Shown: positions 45,407 through 55,106 of the stretch, piece after piece
Numbering within the stretch: position 1 is the first letter of the stretch
Layout of the letters: every line of letters starts with the position of its first letter
Notes under the pieces: generated by a model
What the model was told of the DNA's origin: nothing
Databases searched by the model: none
What the model saw: only the letters and a program-made list of their open reading frames with translations
Assembly: GCA_002310055.1 (NCBI GenBank)
Contig: DBXS01000034.1
Span: 69,153-133,152 of the forward strand
Direction of reading: 5' to 3'
DNA length: 64,000 nucleotides
DNA from: Clostridiales bacterium UBA1206
GTDB taxonomy: Bacteria > Bacillota > Clostridia > Oscillospirales > CAG-382
Made by a program: the position numbers and the translations under genes

Positions 45407-46704
45407 ATCTTCCTCCGTATGACCGAGATCAGTCCGTCGAGCGAACCGATGAATTCATCTGTGGGTATTTCTTTTATCGAATACTTGCCGATCTCTTCCG
45501 CGGTCACTATATTTATCGTATCGCCGGCTCTCTTTTTGTCGAGCGCGATATAATGAGCGAGCTCTTTTGCGTTCACGTCGCATTCCGTAGGCAAGCCGCA
45601 TTCTTTGAGCAGTTTTACAAGCCTCCCGCGCACTTTTTCGGAACACATAGGTATCATTCCGAGCGCGACGCATTCGCCGTGCAGCAAATTGCCGAGCCCC
45701 TTTGCGCTTTCAATGGAATGCCCGAGCGTGTGGCCGAAATTGAGCGCGCGCCTCAGCGACGATTCTTTATGGTCGTTTTCGACTATCACTGCTTTGAGCT
45801 CGACCGCGCGCATGATGACCTTATCTATGTTCCCGTCATACACTCCGCGCTCAAGGAGCTCGAACAGATTCTTATTGCAGGTGACGGCTATCTTGATTAT
45901 TTCAGCCATTCCGTTGGCGATATGTCTGCGCTCGAGCGTCTGCAGGACGTCCGGATCGATTATGACCGCCTTGGGGTCGTAAAAAGCGCCTATAAGATTT
46001 TTGCCGCCGCGGTAGTCGACGCCAACTTTTCCACCCACCGAAGAATCGACCTGCGAAAGAAGGGTGGTCGGCACGTTGTAAAACGAGATCCCGCGGTTGT
46101 AGATCGACGCGGCAAAACCGGCCGTGTCGCCCACAACGCCGCCGCCGAGCGCCACGACGCAATCGGAACGGGTAAATCCGTTTTCGTACAACTTATCAAT
46201 TATTCGGAACAGATTGTCGCGGTTTTTGTTTTCTTCGCCTTGTGGCAATACGAGAGTTTGACATCCGCCGAGCGAGGAAACGCATTTTTCGAGATGCTGT
46301 TTCGGCACGCCGGAATCCGTTACTATAAGAATTCTGCCGGCGCTTTTTACGTATTTGCCGAGTTCGTTAAGCGCGCCGCGTTTGATGGTTACGGTGTATC
46401 CGTCGTTTCCGGTGCTTACAAATATTTCGTTATCTTCGCAAAGCAGCGCGCGCTGGTATTTTTTGGAAAGATTCAACGTATTCCGCACGTTTTCTCTGTA
46501 AAACTTTTTAGTGTCGCCGTCCGGATACGCGTCCGCGCGGGTGCGTATGACTTCCGCTTCGCGAGTAAGATCCGTCACGTCGAGCCCGTGCTTGCGTTTA
46601 TAAAACGCGATCTTCGCCGCATACTCCATTCGCGCGCCGAAAAGCTCGGCGTTTATTTTATCTATATCGTCGATTTTTGCGCGTGCTTTTTCAAGCTCGT
46701 CCAT
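45403..46704 (-). CDS. bifunctional chorismate mutase (AroQ class) / 3-dehydroquinate synthase fusion
   Basis: The N-terminal ~90 aa is LEKARAKIDDIDKINAELFGARMEYAAKIAFYK. AroB motifs follow: GGGVVGDTAGFAA, VPTTLLSQVDSSVGGK, GHTLGH. The start at 46704 was chosen for a GGAG placed 6 nt upstream. ATGs at 46743 and 46785 are in-frame alternatives. Confidence 0.85.
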   Translation of the reverse strand: MDELEKARAKIDDIDKINAELFGARMEYAAKIAFYKRKHGLDVTDLTREAEVIRTRADAYPDGDTKKFYRENVRNTLNLSKKYQRALLCEDNEIFVSTGNDGYTVTIKRGALNELGKYVKSAGRILIVTDSGVPKQHLEKCVSSLGGCQTLVLPQGEENKNRDNLFRIIDKLYENGFTRSDCVVALGGGVVGDTAGFAASIYNRGISFYNVPTTLLSQVDSSVGGKVGVDYRGGKNLIGAFYDPKAVIIDPDVLQTLERRHIANGMAEIIKIAVTCNKNLFELLERGVYDGNIDKVIMRAVELKAVIVENDHKESSLRRALNFGHTLGHSIESAKGLGNLLHGECVALGMIPMCSEKVRGRLVKLLKECGLPTECDVNAKELAHYIALDKKRAGDTINIVTAEEIGKYSIKEIPTDEFIGSLDGLISVIRRKI

Positions 46705-46756
46705 AATACGCTCCGTGTTTAAATTATTTATATTGATTTTCATTGCCGCATAATGT

Positions 46757-46785
46757 ATTATATAATACGGAATCGATAAAATCAA
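46757..46785 (-). promoter_or_regulatory. sigma-A-type promoter for the aromatic operon (TTGATT-17-TATAAT)
   Basis: The minus strand reads ttgattttatcgattccgtattaTATAAT. Confidence 0.5.
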
Positions 46786-46818
46786 TAAAAAGATTCACTT
46801 TTTGCGCGAGGTTTGCTT

Positions 46819-47556
46819 ATGCAGATATCGAATTATGCCTTCAATTCAAATAAAATCGCTCAAAACATACGCGTTGCAGTCATTTCAGACGCCCACGGGC
46901 GAGATATTGCAACGCTCAAAAACGCGCTTAACGAAATAAGACCCGACCTTATCGCCGTACCGGGCGATATCGAAGGCAAGGGCGACAAAGCGACCCGTAT
47001 CGCCTATGCGAGCGAGTTTATAAAAATGTGTTCTACTTTTGCCCCTGCGTTCATTTCGCTCGGCAACCACGACGTCGATATAACAAACGAATTCGTTTCC
47101 GAATGCGGCGCTGCGCTGCTCGACGATTCATATACCGTATCGCGTATTTCCGGAACAGATATTTATATCGGCGGCCTGACTTCCGGTTCGCTCGGGAAAA
47201 GGCACAAAAGACTTAGCAAAACCCCCGATCCCGATATCGCGTTTGCAAACGAGTTTTCAAAACTCAGCGGATTCAAGATATTGCTTTCGCACCATCCTGA
47301 ATACTTTCCGGAACATCTGCGCGATCTGGATATCGATTTAGTCATATCCGGTCACGCGCACGGCGGACAGTGGCGGTTTTTCGGCCGCGGCGTTTTTGCG
47401 CCCGGACAGGGGATATTTCCCAAATACATCTCCGGCGTTTACGAAGGCAGACTGCTCGTATCCCGCGGGGCGGGCGACCACAACGCGATACCGCGGTTTT
47501 TCAATCCGAACGAGGTATGCGTTTGCGAGATAGCCGCCGTGTGTAAAAATAAATAA
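46819..47556 (+). CDS. metallophosphoesterase (calcineurin-like)
   Basis: 245 aa. VISDAHG, VPGDIEG, LGNHD, SGHAHGGQ motifs. ATG at 46819 after GAGG. Confidence 0.85.
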   Translation: MQISNYAFNSNKIAQNIRVAVISDAHGRDIATLKNALNEIRPDLIAVPGDIEGKGDKATRIAYASEFIKMCSTFAPAFISLGNHDVDITNEFVSECGAALLDDSYTVSRISGTDIYIGGLTSGSLGKRHKRLSKTPDPDIAFANEFSKLSGFKILLSHHPEYFPEHLRDLDIDLVISGHAHGGQWRFFGRGVFAPGQGIFPKYISGVYEGRLLVSRGAGDHNAIPRFFNPNEVCVCEIAAVCKNK

Positions 47557-47639
47557 AATGCACTTGAAAAAGAGCATATTATATGATAAAATAATATAAA
47601 TAGAAAAGCTCGCGAATTTATATCAACGGAGGCAAAAAT

Positions 47640-49121
47640 ATGAAACTTATCAGATCGATTATCCCGTTTATACTGATCGCATGCTTGCTTCTCACGTTTT
47701 CCGCCTGTTCCGGCGGCGACGACGGCAGCCAGAGCAGCGCTGTTTCCGAAGACGGCAAACAGACCGACGAGTCGCCTGACGGTTCGGGAACCGTTTCGGA
47801 TGAACCTGTATCCGAAGCGCCCTACGCGCCCGCGGCGCGCAATCTTGAGGGCAGAGAGATAGTTTTCCTCGTCCCCGGCAGCAATTACACTTATTACGAA
47901 TCGTTTGAGATCTACGCCGAAGAAAAGAACGACGAGGCGATAAACGACGCGGTGTTCGAACGCAACCAGATCGTTCAGGAAAGACTCAACTGCGTAATCA
48001 GCGCCGAAAAGACCGCAAACGTCGCTCAGGATATGCTCAAATACATAAATTCGGGCGTCTATTACGACGTCTATATGCCGATGATCAACGACGTGGCGCA
48101 GATAGTCGGCGACGGGCTTATGTACGACCTTAACGAATTCGAAGATCTTAAACTCGACCTGCCGTGGTGGGATCAGCACGCCAACGAAGGCCTTTCGATC
48201 TTCAATAAGCTCTATTTTTCGACCGGCGATATTTCAATACTCGATAACGACTGCACTATGGTCGTGTTTTTCAACAAAAAGCTCACGTCTCAGTACGACG
48301 TCGATCCGTACGCGATGGTCGACGACCGCTCCTGGACTATCGATAAGATATACGAAATTGGCCGCGATTTTACCGAAAATCTCGAAGACGCCGCCTGGAA
48401 CGACAAGGATCACTACGGACTCCATGTGGCGTTCAACGCGCCCCATTCCTTCTTCTTCGGCTGCGGCGGCACGATCACCGAGACCGATAACGACGGCAAG
48501 ATACGCATCAATATGAATTCCGAATCGAACATCAATATAATCAACAAAGTGTTCGAGATCGCGTATAAACCCGACGTCGTCACCAACAAGACTCCCAACT
48601 GCACAACGTTCGAAGACATCTGCCGTATGTTTTTAAACGATCAGATAATGTTCACCACGTTCGCGCTCACCGATCTCAAGAATTTCCGTTCGGTCTACGG
48701 CTTTGAATACGGCATACTGCCTTATCCGCTGCTGAACAGCGAACAGGAAGATTACCATTGTCTGATTTCCACCGTGCTCGTTCCGGTGGTGACAATCCCC
48801 GTCGATTGTCCGGATCCCGAAGACGTGGCGCTCGTACTCGAGAATATGGCGTTCTATTCGCGCGATACGGTCACAAGAGCGTATTACGACATAACGCTCA
48901 AAGGCAGGGATCTCGGCGACGAAGAATCCGAAAAGATGCTCGACCTCATTTTCTCGTCCCGTGTTTACGACCTCGGTTATATCTACAATTTCGGCGGACT
49001 TGGTTTGCTCATCCAGAATATGAACGACGTGAACGATTCAAACTTCGTTTCGAGATTCGCGCAGCTCGAACCCAAAGCGCAGTCTCAGCTTGAAGAAGTG
49101 CTTTACGGCTTTGAAGATTAG
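47640..49121 (+). CDS. large extracellular solute-binding lipoprotein (ABC SBP family 1-like), paralog A
   Basis: 493 aa. Lipobox LLTFSAC followed by a Ser/Asp/Glu linker. Paralogous to 53554-55104: LEGREIVFL/FEGKDIIFL, PWWDQHA/PWWDLNA, YGILPYP/FGILPPP. Confidence 0.75.
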   Translation: MKLIRSIIPFILIACLLLTFSACSGGDDGSQSSAVSEDGKQTDESPDGSGTVSDEPVSEAPYAPAARNLEGREIVFLVPGSNYTYYESFEIYAEEKNDEAINDAVFERNQIVQERLNCVISAEKTANVAQDMLKYINSGVYYDVYMPMINDVAQIVGDGLMYDLNEFEDLKLDLPWWDQHANEGLSIFNKLYFSTGDISILDNDCTMVVFFNKKLTSQYDVDPYAMVDDRSWTIDKIYEIGRDFTENLEDAAWNDKDHYGLHVAFNAPHSFFFGCGGTITETDNDGKIRINMNSESNINIINKVFEIAYKPDVVTNKTPNCTTFEDICRMFLNDQIMFTTFALTDLKNFRSVYGFEYGILPYPLLNSEQEDYHCLISTVLVPVVTIPVDCPDPEDVALVLENMAFYSRDTVTRAYYDITLKGRDLGDEESEKMLDLIFSSRVYDLGYIYNFGGLGLLIQNMNDVNDSNFVSRFAQLEPKAQSQLEEVLYGFED

Positions 49122-49131
49122 GAGAAACGTT

Positions 49132-50517
49132 ATGCGTATAATCAGTTTATTGCTGTGCGTCATTCTTTGCGTATCGCTCGCGCTGACGTCCTGCGGCTCC
49201 GATACGGAGCAAGTCTCTTCCGGGGAGGAATCGAACGTGGTTTCCGAAACTGAAATATCTTCTGTAATAACCGACGAATCTTTGGATGAAAAATCTGCGT
49301 CTGAGGTCTCGGCTCCCGCCGACCCGGAACGAACCGAAACGGCTGCAAAGCTTTATAACGTCCGCGATTACGGCGCCAAAGGCAACGGCGACGCCGACGA
49401 TTCGGAGGCTTTCCAGGCGGCGCTCGACGACGCGGCGAAAAAGGGCGGCACCGTATGGGTACCGGCCGGAAAATACAACATAGCCAAAACGCTTTATAAA
49501 AAGGGAAAAGTCTCGCTAAAAGGCGAAGGTATGTGGGTCTCCACGCTCGTATGGGCCGGCGGCGCAAACGGAGTCATACTCGATATCTCCAACGCCGCGC
49601 TTTGGGGGACTACCATTGAAGATCTGTACTTTACCAACGGGATGATGAACGGTGTCACCGCCATACTCGGCGGCTCGACGATAAGCAATTACAATTCCGC
49701 TATCGGCACGTTCAAGAACCTTGTGTTCTATAATCTCGACACCGCCATCCGCGGAAACGCCGAACCTTCGGGCGTCGGCATTTTCGATTGCTATTTCGAA
49801 AACATCTTCTGTTCCAACTGCGGGACCGGACTTCATCTGTACGGCTCGGGGAACACGGTCGTGCATCCGCGTATAGCCACCTGCAAAGTCGGCATATCGC
49901 TCGACTACCTCAACGGCGAATCTTTTGACGGAATGCACGTTATCGGCGGCATTTTCGCCTCCAACGGCGTGGATATACTCATCCCGTCCGCAAACGGCAT
50001 AAGGCCCACCGATTTCGTCGGCACCTGGTTCGAGAATGCGTCCAAGGGGATACTCAATATCGAAAAAGCCGGAACGCGGGTTATGAACCTGACGTTCCGC
50101 GACTGTATGCTCAATTCCGCGGCGGATAACGTCAATTATTTCTTGTTCGACGCGCGCAACGCGGTCGGCACGGTCACTATCGACGCCTGCACCGTTGTCG
50201 AAAACCGCGGTATCCTCGCGCCGACTTCAGCATCGTCTTATTTCCGTATGGACGGGCTGCAGGTGTACGATTCTACCGGCGTGTACGCGCTGAAAGATTC
50301 CGAAGGCGGCAGGTGCGATATCAAAGAAGGGAAGTACGAAAGAAAAGTCCCGCATAAACTTCGCGCCGTGCCGAGCTACGTGACGGTCACTCCGGCGAGC
50401 GAAGCGGCCGCGCAGTGCAAATACTACGTCACAGCCGACGATTACTATATTTATATCACGGTCACCGAAAAGCCCGAAACGGGCGAGATCTGGTTCTACT
50501 GGGAAGCCAACCGCTGA
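49132..50517 (+). CDS. right-handed beta-helix lipoprotein (pectate-lyase-3 / GH28-55-like), paralog 1
   Basis: ATG at 49132 after AGGAG. Lipobox LALTSC. YNVRDYGAKGNGDADDSEAFQAALDDAAKKGGTVWVPAGKYNI is the hallmark N-terminal motif of this superfamily. Confidence 0.75.
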   Translation: MRIISLLLCVILCVSLALTSCGSDTEQVSSGEESNVVSETEISSVITDESLDEKSASEVSAPADPERTETAAKLYNVRDYGAKGNGDADDSEAFQAALDDAAKKGGTVWVPAGKYNIAKTLYKKGKVSLKGEGMWVSTLVWAGGANGVILDISNAALWGTTIEDLYFTNGMMNGVTAILGGSTISNYNSAIGTFKNLVFYNLDTAIRGNAEPSGVGIFDCYFENIFCSNCGTGLHLYGSGNTVVHPRIATCKVGISLDYLNGESFDGMHVIGGIFASNGVDILIPSANGIRPTDFVGTWFENASKGILNIEKAGTRVMNLTFRDCMLNSAADNVNYFLFDARNAVGTVTIDACTVVENRGILAPTSASSYFRMDGLQVYDSTGVYALKDSEGGRCDIKEGKYERKVPHKLRAVPSYVTVTPASEAAAQCKYYVTADDYYIYITVTEKPETGEIWFYWEANR

Positions 50518-50555
50518 AAATGACGGCGGAATAAGAATTAAAGGAGGCGGTTTTT

Positions 50556-51641
50556 GTGGATGAGCTTATAGAATATAAATGCGCGAAATGCGGCGGTACG
50601 CTGGTATTCGATTCAAATCTTCAAAAACTGAGATGCGAATTCTGCGGAAGCCTGTTTACTGCCGAAGAACTCAAAGCGCTGCAAAACGAACTTTTTGAAA
50701 AGACGCCCGAAGATTACAAACGCACCGAGACCGAAAATATCTTCTGGTCAGAACAGGAAGCGCAAGGCATCTTTTCGTACATATGCGAATCATGCGGCGG
50801 CGAGATAATCGGCGATGCCACTACCGCCGCCACTTCGTGCCCGTTCTGCGGTAACCCCGTCGTTATGAAAGGGAACTTAAGCGGCGAGCTCCGTCCTCAG
50901 TTCGTGCTTCCGTTCAAGCTCGACAAAGCCGCCGCCAAGAAAGCGCTCAAAGAGCATTTCAAGAACAAAAAGCTTTTGCCCAAGGTCTTTTCTTCGGAAA
51001 ACCATTTGGACGAAATTAAAGGCGTTTACGTGCCTTACTGGCTGTACGACGTCGATTCCGACGCGTCTTCCACTTTCAAGTGCACGAATTCCTCTTCCTG
51101 GATCTCCGGCGACTACCGTTATACCGAGACTAAGACTTACAACGTCGCGCGCGCAGGGAATATGCAGTTTATAGGCATTCCGGCGGACGGATCCAAAAAG
51201 ATGGACGACACGCTTATGGAATCCATCGAGCCTTACGACTATTCTGCGTTCGAAAAATTCAACGCCGCGTATCTCGCGGGCTTCCTCGCCGATAAATACG
51301 ACGTCCCAAAAGAAGACTGCGCCGAACGCATAGAATCGCGCGCAAAACGCTCGGCAGTCGACGCGCTCCGCCGTACGGTCAGCGGTTACGCCAGCGTGAC
51401 TCCGCAGGATTCCACGGTCAATCTTAAATACGACGAACCTAAATACGGTCTGCTCCCCGTATGGCTGCTGCACACGTCGTGGAACGGCGAGCACTATCTG
51501 TTCGCGATGAACGGCCAGACAGGCAAATTCGTGGGCGATCTTCCAATCGACAAAAAGCGTTACTGGATGTATTTCGTACGCAATCTTCTCATAGTCGGCG
51601 GTATCGTCGCCGGAGCGCTTTCGCTCATTATGAGTCTGTGA
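50556..51641 (+). CDS. double zinc-ribbon protein with C-terminal TM anchor (hypothetical)
   Basis: GTG start 8 nt after AGGAGG. Two CxxC...CxxC ribbons (CAKCGG..CEFCGS; CESCGG..CPFCGN). C-terminal TM LLIVGGIVAGALSLIMSL. Confidence 0.6.
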   Translation: MDELIEYKCAKCGGTLVFDSNLQKLRCEFCGSLFTAEELKALQNELFEKTPEDYKRTETENIFWSEQEAQGIFSYICESCGGEIIGDATTAATSCPFCGNPVVMKGNLSGELRPQFVLPFKLDKAAAKKALKEHFKNKKLLPKVFSSENHLDEIKGVYVPYWLYDVDSDASSTFKCTNSSSWISGDYRYTETKTYNVARAGNMQFIGIPADGSKKMDDTLMESIEPYDYSAFEKFNAAYLAGFLADKYDVPKEDCAERIESRAKRSAVDALRRTVSGYASVTPQDSTVNLKYDEPKYGLLPVWLLHTSWNGEHYLFAMNGQTGKFVGDLPIDKKRYWMYFVRNLLIVGGIVAGALSLIMSL

Positions 51642-51651
51642 GGTGAACGGT

Positions 51652-52434
51652 ATGAAAAGGTATTTATTCATCGCGTTTGCCGCAGTACTGCTAATATCTT
51701 CGCTTCTTGCGACGTGCGTTTCCGCATCAGATCATCCCGCGCTGGTAGTCGACGAATCCGGTAAGCTTACCGACGAACAGGAGCGCGTTCTCGAAGCAAA
51801 ACTAAAAGAGGTCGGCGATAAATACGACCTCGATATCGTCATCCTTATAAACGATTCTACCGGCGGCAAAACGCCCACCGAATTCGCCGACGATTACTAC
51901 GATGAAAACGGCTACGGCAGGAACGCCGGTTATGACGGCATCCTTCTGCTCATTTCGCTCGAAAACCGGGATATCACCACGTCCACTTGCGGTAAAGGCA
52001 TTGAATACTTCAACGACAGCGAGCTCGAATATATAGAAGGTCTGCTCATCCCGTACCTTGCAAGCGAGGATTATTACGGCGCATTTACTGCTTTTGCGAA
52101 CGAATGCGACAGGCATATCGAATCATATCTCGAATCGCAAAAGCCCAAATACGGGCTTTACGCGGTCATAGGCATAATCGCAGGTCTCATTTTTGCCGCC
52201 ATAAAGGGAAGCAGCTATAAAAGCGAACTCGTTTCAGTTTACGCAAAGGGCGACGCCGACGATTATATCGCGCCTTCCGGGCTCGAACTTTCTGTCAAAG
52301 ACGACATATTTGCTTTCAGCAACGTGGCAAAGACGATAATCACGTCGTCGTCTTCTTCGTCGCGCGGGGGCGGATCGTCTACTCACGTTTCTTCGTCCGG
52401 CAGGACTCACGGCGGCAGGAGCGGTCATTTCTGA
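51652..52434 (+). CDS. TPM-domain protein (YgcG-like) with TM and Ser/Gly-rich tail
   Basis: Signal peptide, then LVVDESGKLTDEQERVLEAKLKEVGDKYDLDIVILIN...DGILLLISLENRDITTSTCGKG, a TM segment, and SSSSSSRGGGSSTHVSSSGRTHGGRSGHF. Confidence 0.75.
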   Translation: MKRYLFIAFAAVLLISSLLATCVSASDHPALVVDESGKLTDEQERVLEAKLKEVGDKYDLDIVILINDSTGGKTPTEFADDYYDENGYGRNAGYDGILLLISLENRDITTSTCGKGIEYFNDSELEYIEGLLIPYLASEDYYGAFTAFANECDRHIESYLESQKPKYGLYAVIGIIAGLIFAAIKGSSYKSELVSVYAKGDADDYIAPSGLELSVKDDIFAFSNVAKTIITSSSSSSRGGGSSTHVSSSGRTHGGRSGHF

Positions 52435-52440
52435 AAGTAA

Positions 52441-52472
52441 AAACGGCTTTTGCTCTGTGGCAAAGGCCGTTT
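52441..52472. terminator. bidirectional terminator hairpin
   Basis: Stem aaacggcttttgc/gcaaaggccgttt between convergent genes. Confidence 0.6.
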
Positions 52473-52476
52473 GGCG

Positions 52477-53352
52477 TTATTTTATCGCGTTGCAATAGTA
52501 TTTGGGCGAATATCCTTTTATCTTTTTGAACGCCTTGCAAAACGACTGTGGAGTCGAAAAGCCCACGTTCGCCGCGGCTTCGTTAACCGTCATCCCCAGT
52601 TCCGAAACAAGACGGATCCCTTCTTCTATACGCTTTTCCGCAATATAATCTCGCAGCGTGATACGCATTTCCTCTTTGAATTTGTGCGAAAGGTAAGTAG
52701 GGGAATAGCCCAGCGATTTTGCTGCGTCGCTTATGGAATTGATCTTTCCGATATTCGAATCTATGTATTTTCTCACGGCGTAGATCGATATCCCCGCGTT
52801 CTTTCCTTTTTCGCCGAGCGGTTTTCTTTGGTTTTCCTCAGCTATAAATAACCGCATCACTTTGGTAAGCAGCTCGGCTATAAGGCATTCTTTCATAAGC
52901 TTTGCGGCAGGCTGCGCGGAATAATACTCTTCAAAACATCTGTTGAACAGGTGCATTATATCGTTCCCGCCGCTGATATGCACCGTGGGCGACGCGTCGT
53001 AAAAACGTCTCAAGGACACGCAGTCGGTATTTATTTCGTCTTTTATATCAAAGCCTATGAACATATATCTCAGCCGCGTCACGGCCTCGATACGGTGTAT
53101 CGAATTGAACGGAGTCAGGAACAGATCGCCTTTTGCCATTATCCTGTCTTCGCCGTCGACCGTGTTTACGCCTTCGCCGTCTACCACATAGGTGATCTCG
53201 TAACACCACTGGCGGTGCGAGTCGCATATGTACCCCGGTTCGCAGTTTATCTCGCCCATCTGGTACATCAAAAACCTGCCCACGTCGTCGGGGAGATAGC
53301 AAAAAGACTGCTCGTATTCGTAGCTCTTTCCGGATGTGACGGTTTTTTGCAT
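52477..53352 (-). CDS. AraC-family transcriptional regulator (cupin sensor + HTH)
   Basis: 291 aa. An N-terminal cupin-like domain and C-terminal twin HTH (ISDAAKSLGYSPTYLSHKFK, EAAANVGFSTPQSFCKAFKK). Confidence 0.9.
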   Translation of the reverse strand: MQKTVTSGKSYEYEQSFCYLPDDVGRFLMYQMGEINCEPGYICDSHRQWCYEITYVVDGEGVNTVDGEDRIMAKGDLFLTPFNSIHRIEAVTRLRYMFIGFDIKDEINTDCVSLRRFYDASPTVHISGGNDIMHLFNRCFEEYYSAQPAAKLMKECLIAELLTKVMRLFIAEENQRKPLGEKGKNAGISIYAVRKYIDSNIGKINSISDAAKSLGYSPTYLSHKFKEEMRITLRDYIAEKRIEEGIRLVSELGMTVNEAAANVGFSTPQSFCKAFKKIKGYSPKYYCNAIK

Positions 53353-53465
53353 TTCTTACACCTCTCTGGGGCTGATTATAGCATATATGGACACAAAAAG
53401 TCAATATATTGATTGCGTTCAGATAAAAAAGCGTATTCGGATAATTATGTTCAAACGTCTGAACA

Positions 53466-53493
53466 TTGATTTGAATAAAAAAATCATTATAAT
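53466..53493 (+). promoter_or_regulatory. candidate promoter for SBP paralog B (TTGATT-16-TATAAT), with the palindrome GTTCA-N6-TGAAC (53449-53464) abutting the -35
   Basis: gttcaaacgtctgaacattgatttgaataaaaaaatcatTATAAT. Confidence 0.4.
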
Positions 53494-53553
53494 ATTATTT
53501 AAAGGGTAAGTCGTTATTTCGCGTATCATCTTACCCGGAAAGGACCATCAAAT

Positions 53554-55104
53554 ATGAGAAGAGCATTGACAGCGTTACTTTGCATCGTACTCGTCGCGAG
53601 TATGATATTGGCATGCGGCTGCGGCGGCAATAACGACACGCCCGCGTCGTCTGCGCCCGACAATTCTTCGGAAAACAATTCCGAACAGGGCAATTCGGGC
53701 GAAGAATCCGGCTTTGAACCCGAGACGAGCGACCCCGCGGTGCCTATCGTCGATTTCGAAGGCAAGGATATCATTTTCCTCGCGCGCGGTAAAGACGCCG
53801 GGGATTTCGAGACCTGGGACCTCGAACCCAACGAGCACAACAGCAGCCAGCTCAACGCCGCGCTCGAACAGCGCAACAAATACATAGAAGACAACTACGG
53901 CGTCAATATCAAAGTCATCTATACCGGCGGCGGCGTCAATAACGCCGAACTGCGCAAAACGATAATAAGGGACCAGAGCGCAGGTATGGCTACGTACAAC
54001 GCGGCTTTCGTGCCGATTTACGACGGGCTCGAGCTTGCCGGCGACGGCGCTTTCATCGATCTGAACGAACTGCCCAATATCGATATCAACAATCCGTGGT
54101 GGGACCTCAACGCTATGAAGAGCCTTTCTCTCGCGAACCGCTATTTCTTCGGCGTGGGCGATATCACCGTGCAGATCTACGAGACGCTCCCGTGCATAGT
54201 ATTCAACAAGAATATGCTTAAAAACTATACCGACGAAAACCTGTATGAGCTCGTTGAGACCGGCAAATGGACGTTCGACAAGTTCTATTCCATAGCCAAG
54301 AACGTATCGCAGGATATAGATAACGTAGACGGCCCTTCGGTCGGCGATATTTTCGGCATCGCCGGTCAGAACGACAATATGTGGATCTACTTCAAGTCCG
54401 CTGGCTGCAACACCGTAGAACTCAACCGCTACGGCGAGCCCGAGCTTACCATTTATAACGAACACAGCGAAAAAGTGGTAGACACGATACGTATGATGAT
54501 GAACGACCGCGCCGCGTATATGAACTGCAACCACTACGTATCCACGCCCGGCTACGTTTCTTCGCCTATCGAATTCGTCATCCAGGGCTTCCGCGAACAG
54601 CGCGTGCTGTTCTATTTCGACGGCCTGCTCCACCTTTCGGATTTCGCCGACGTCGATTTTGATTTCGGTATCCTTCCTCCGCCCAAATATACCGAAGAAC
54701 AGGATAACTATTACAGCATAATCGGCGCCTGGGGCGCTACGGCTTGCGTCATCCCCATGAACTGCCCGGACGTCAATATGACTTCGCTCATAATCGAAGC
54801 TATGGCGGCCAAATCCAAATCGACCGTTTCTATCGAATACTATGAAAAGGTACTCAATATCCAGTCCACCCGCGACGAAGAGAGCGAAACTTCGCTCCGC
54901 ATAATACTCGATTCCAAGGGCTTCGATATGGGCACCTGCTTCAAGTGGGGCAACCTTTCGGATATCGTATTCAATTCTGTCTGGAACAACAATATGACTA
55001 TGGCGTCGGATTACGAATCGTTGAAATCCAACATCTACGCCGATATGAACAAGACGATCCAGGTTTACACCGATCTGCCGCACTATATCGTTACGGAGGA
55101 ATGA
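53554..55104 (+). CDS. large extracellular solute-binding lipoprotein, paralog B
   Basis: 516 aa. Lipobox MILACGC and a Ser/Asn/Glu linker. Shares motifs with 47640-49121. Confidence 0.75.
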   Translation: MRRALTALLCIVLVASMILACGCGGNNDTPASSAPDNSSENNSEQGNSGEESGFEPETSDPAVPIVDFEGKDIIFLARGKDAGDFETWDLEPNEHNSSQLNAALEQRNKYIEDNYGVNIKVIYTGGGVNNAELRKTIIRDQSAGMATYNAAFVPIYDGLELAGDGAFIDLNELPNIDINNPWWDLNAMKSLSLANRYFFGVGDITVQIYETLPCIVFNKNMLKNYTDENLYELVETGKWTFDKFYSIAKNVSQDIDNVDGPSVGDIFGIAGQNDNMWIYFKSAGCNTVELNRYGEPELTIYNEHSEKVVDTIRMMMNDRAAYMNCNHYVSTPGYVSSPIEFVIQGFREQRVLFYFDGLLHLSDFADVDFDFGILPPPKYTEEQDNYYSIIGAWGATACVIPMNCPDVNMTSLIIEAMAAKSKSTVSIEYYEKVLNIQSTRDEESETSLRIILDSKGFDMGTCFKWGNLSDIVFNSVWNNNMTMASDYESLKSNIYADMNKTIQVYTDLPHYIVTEE

Positions 55105-55106
55105 AA

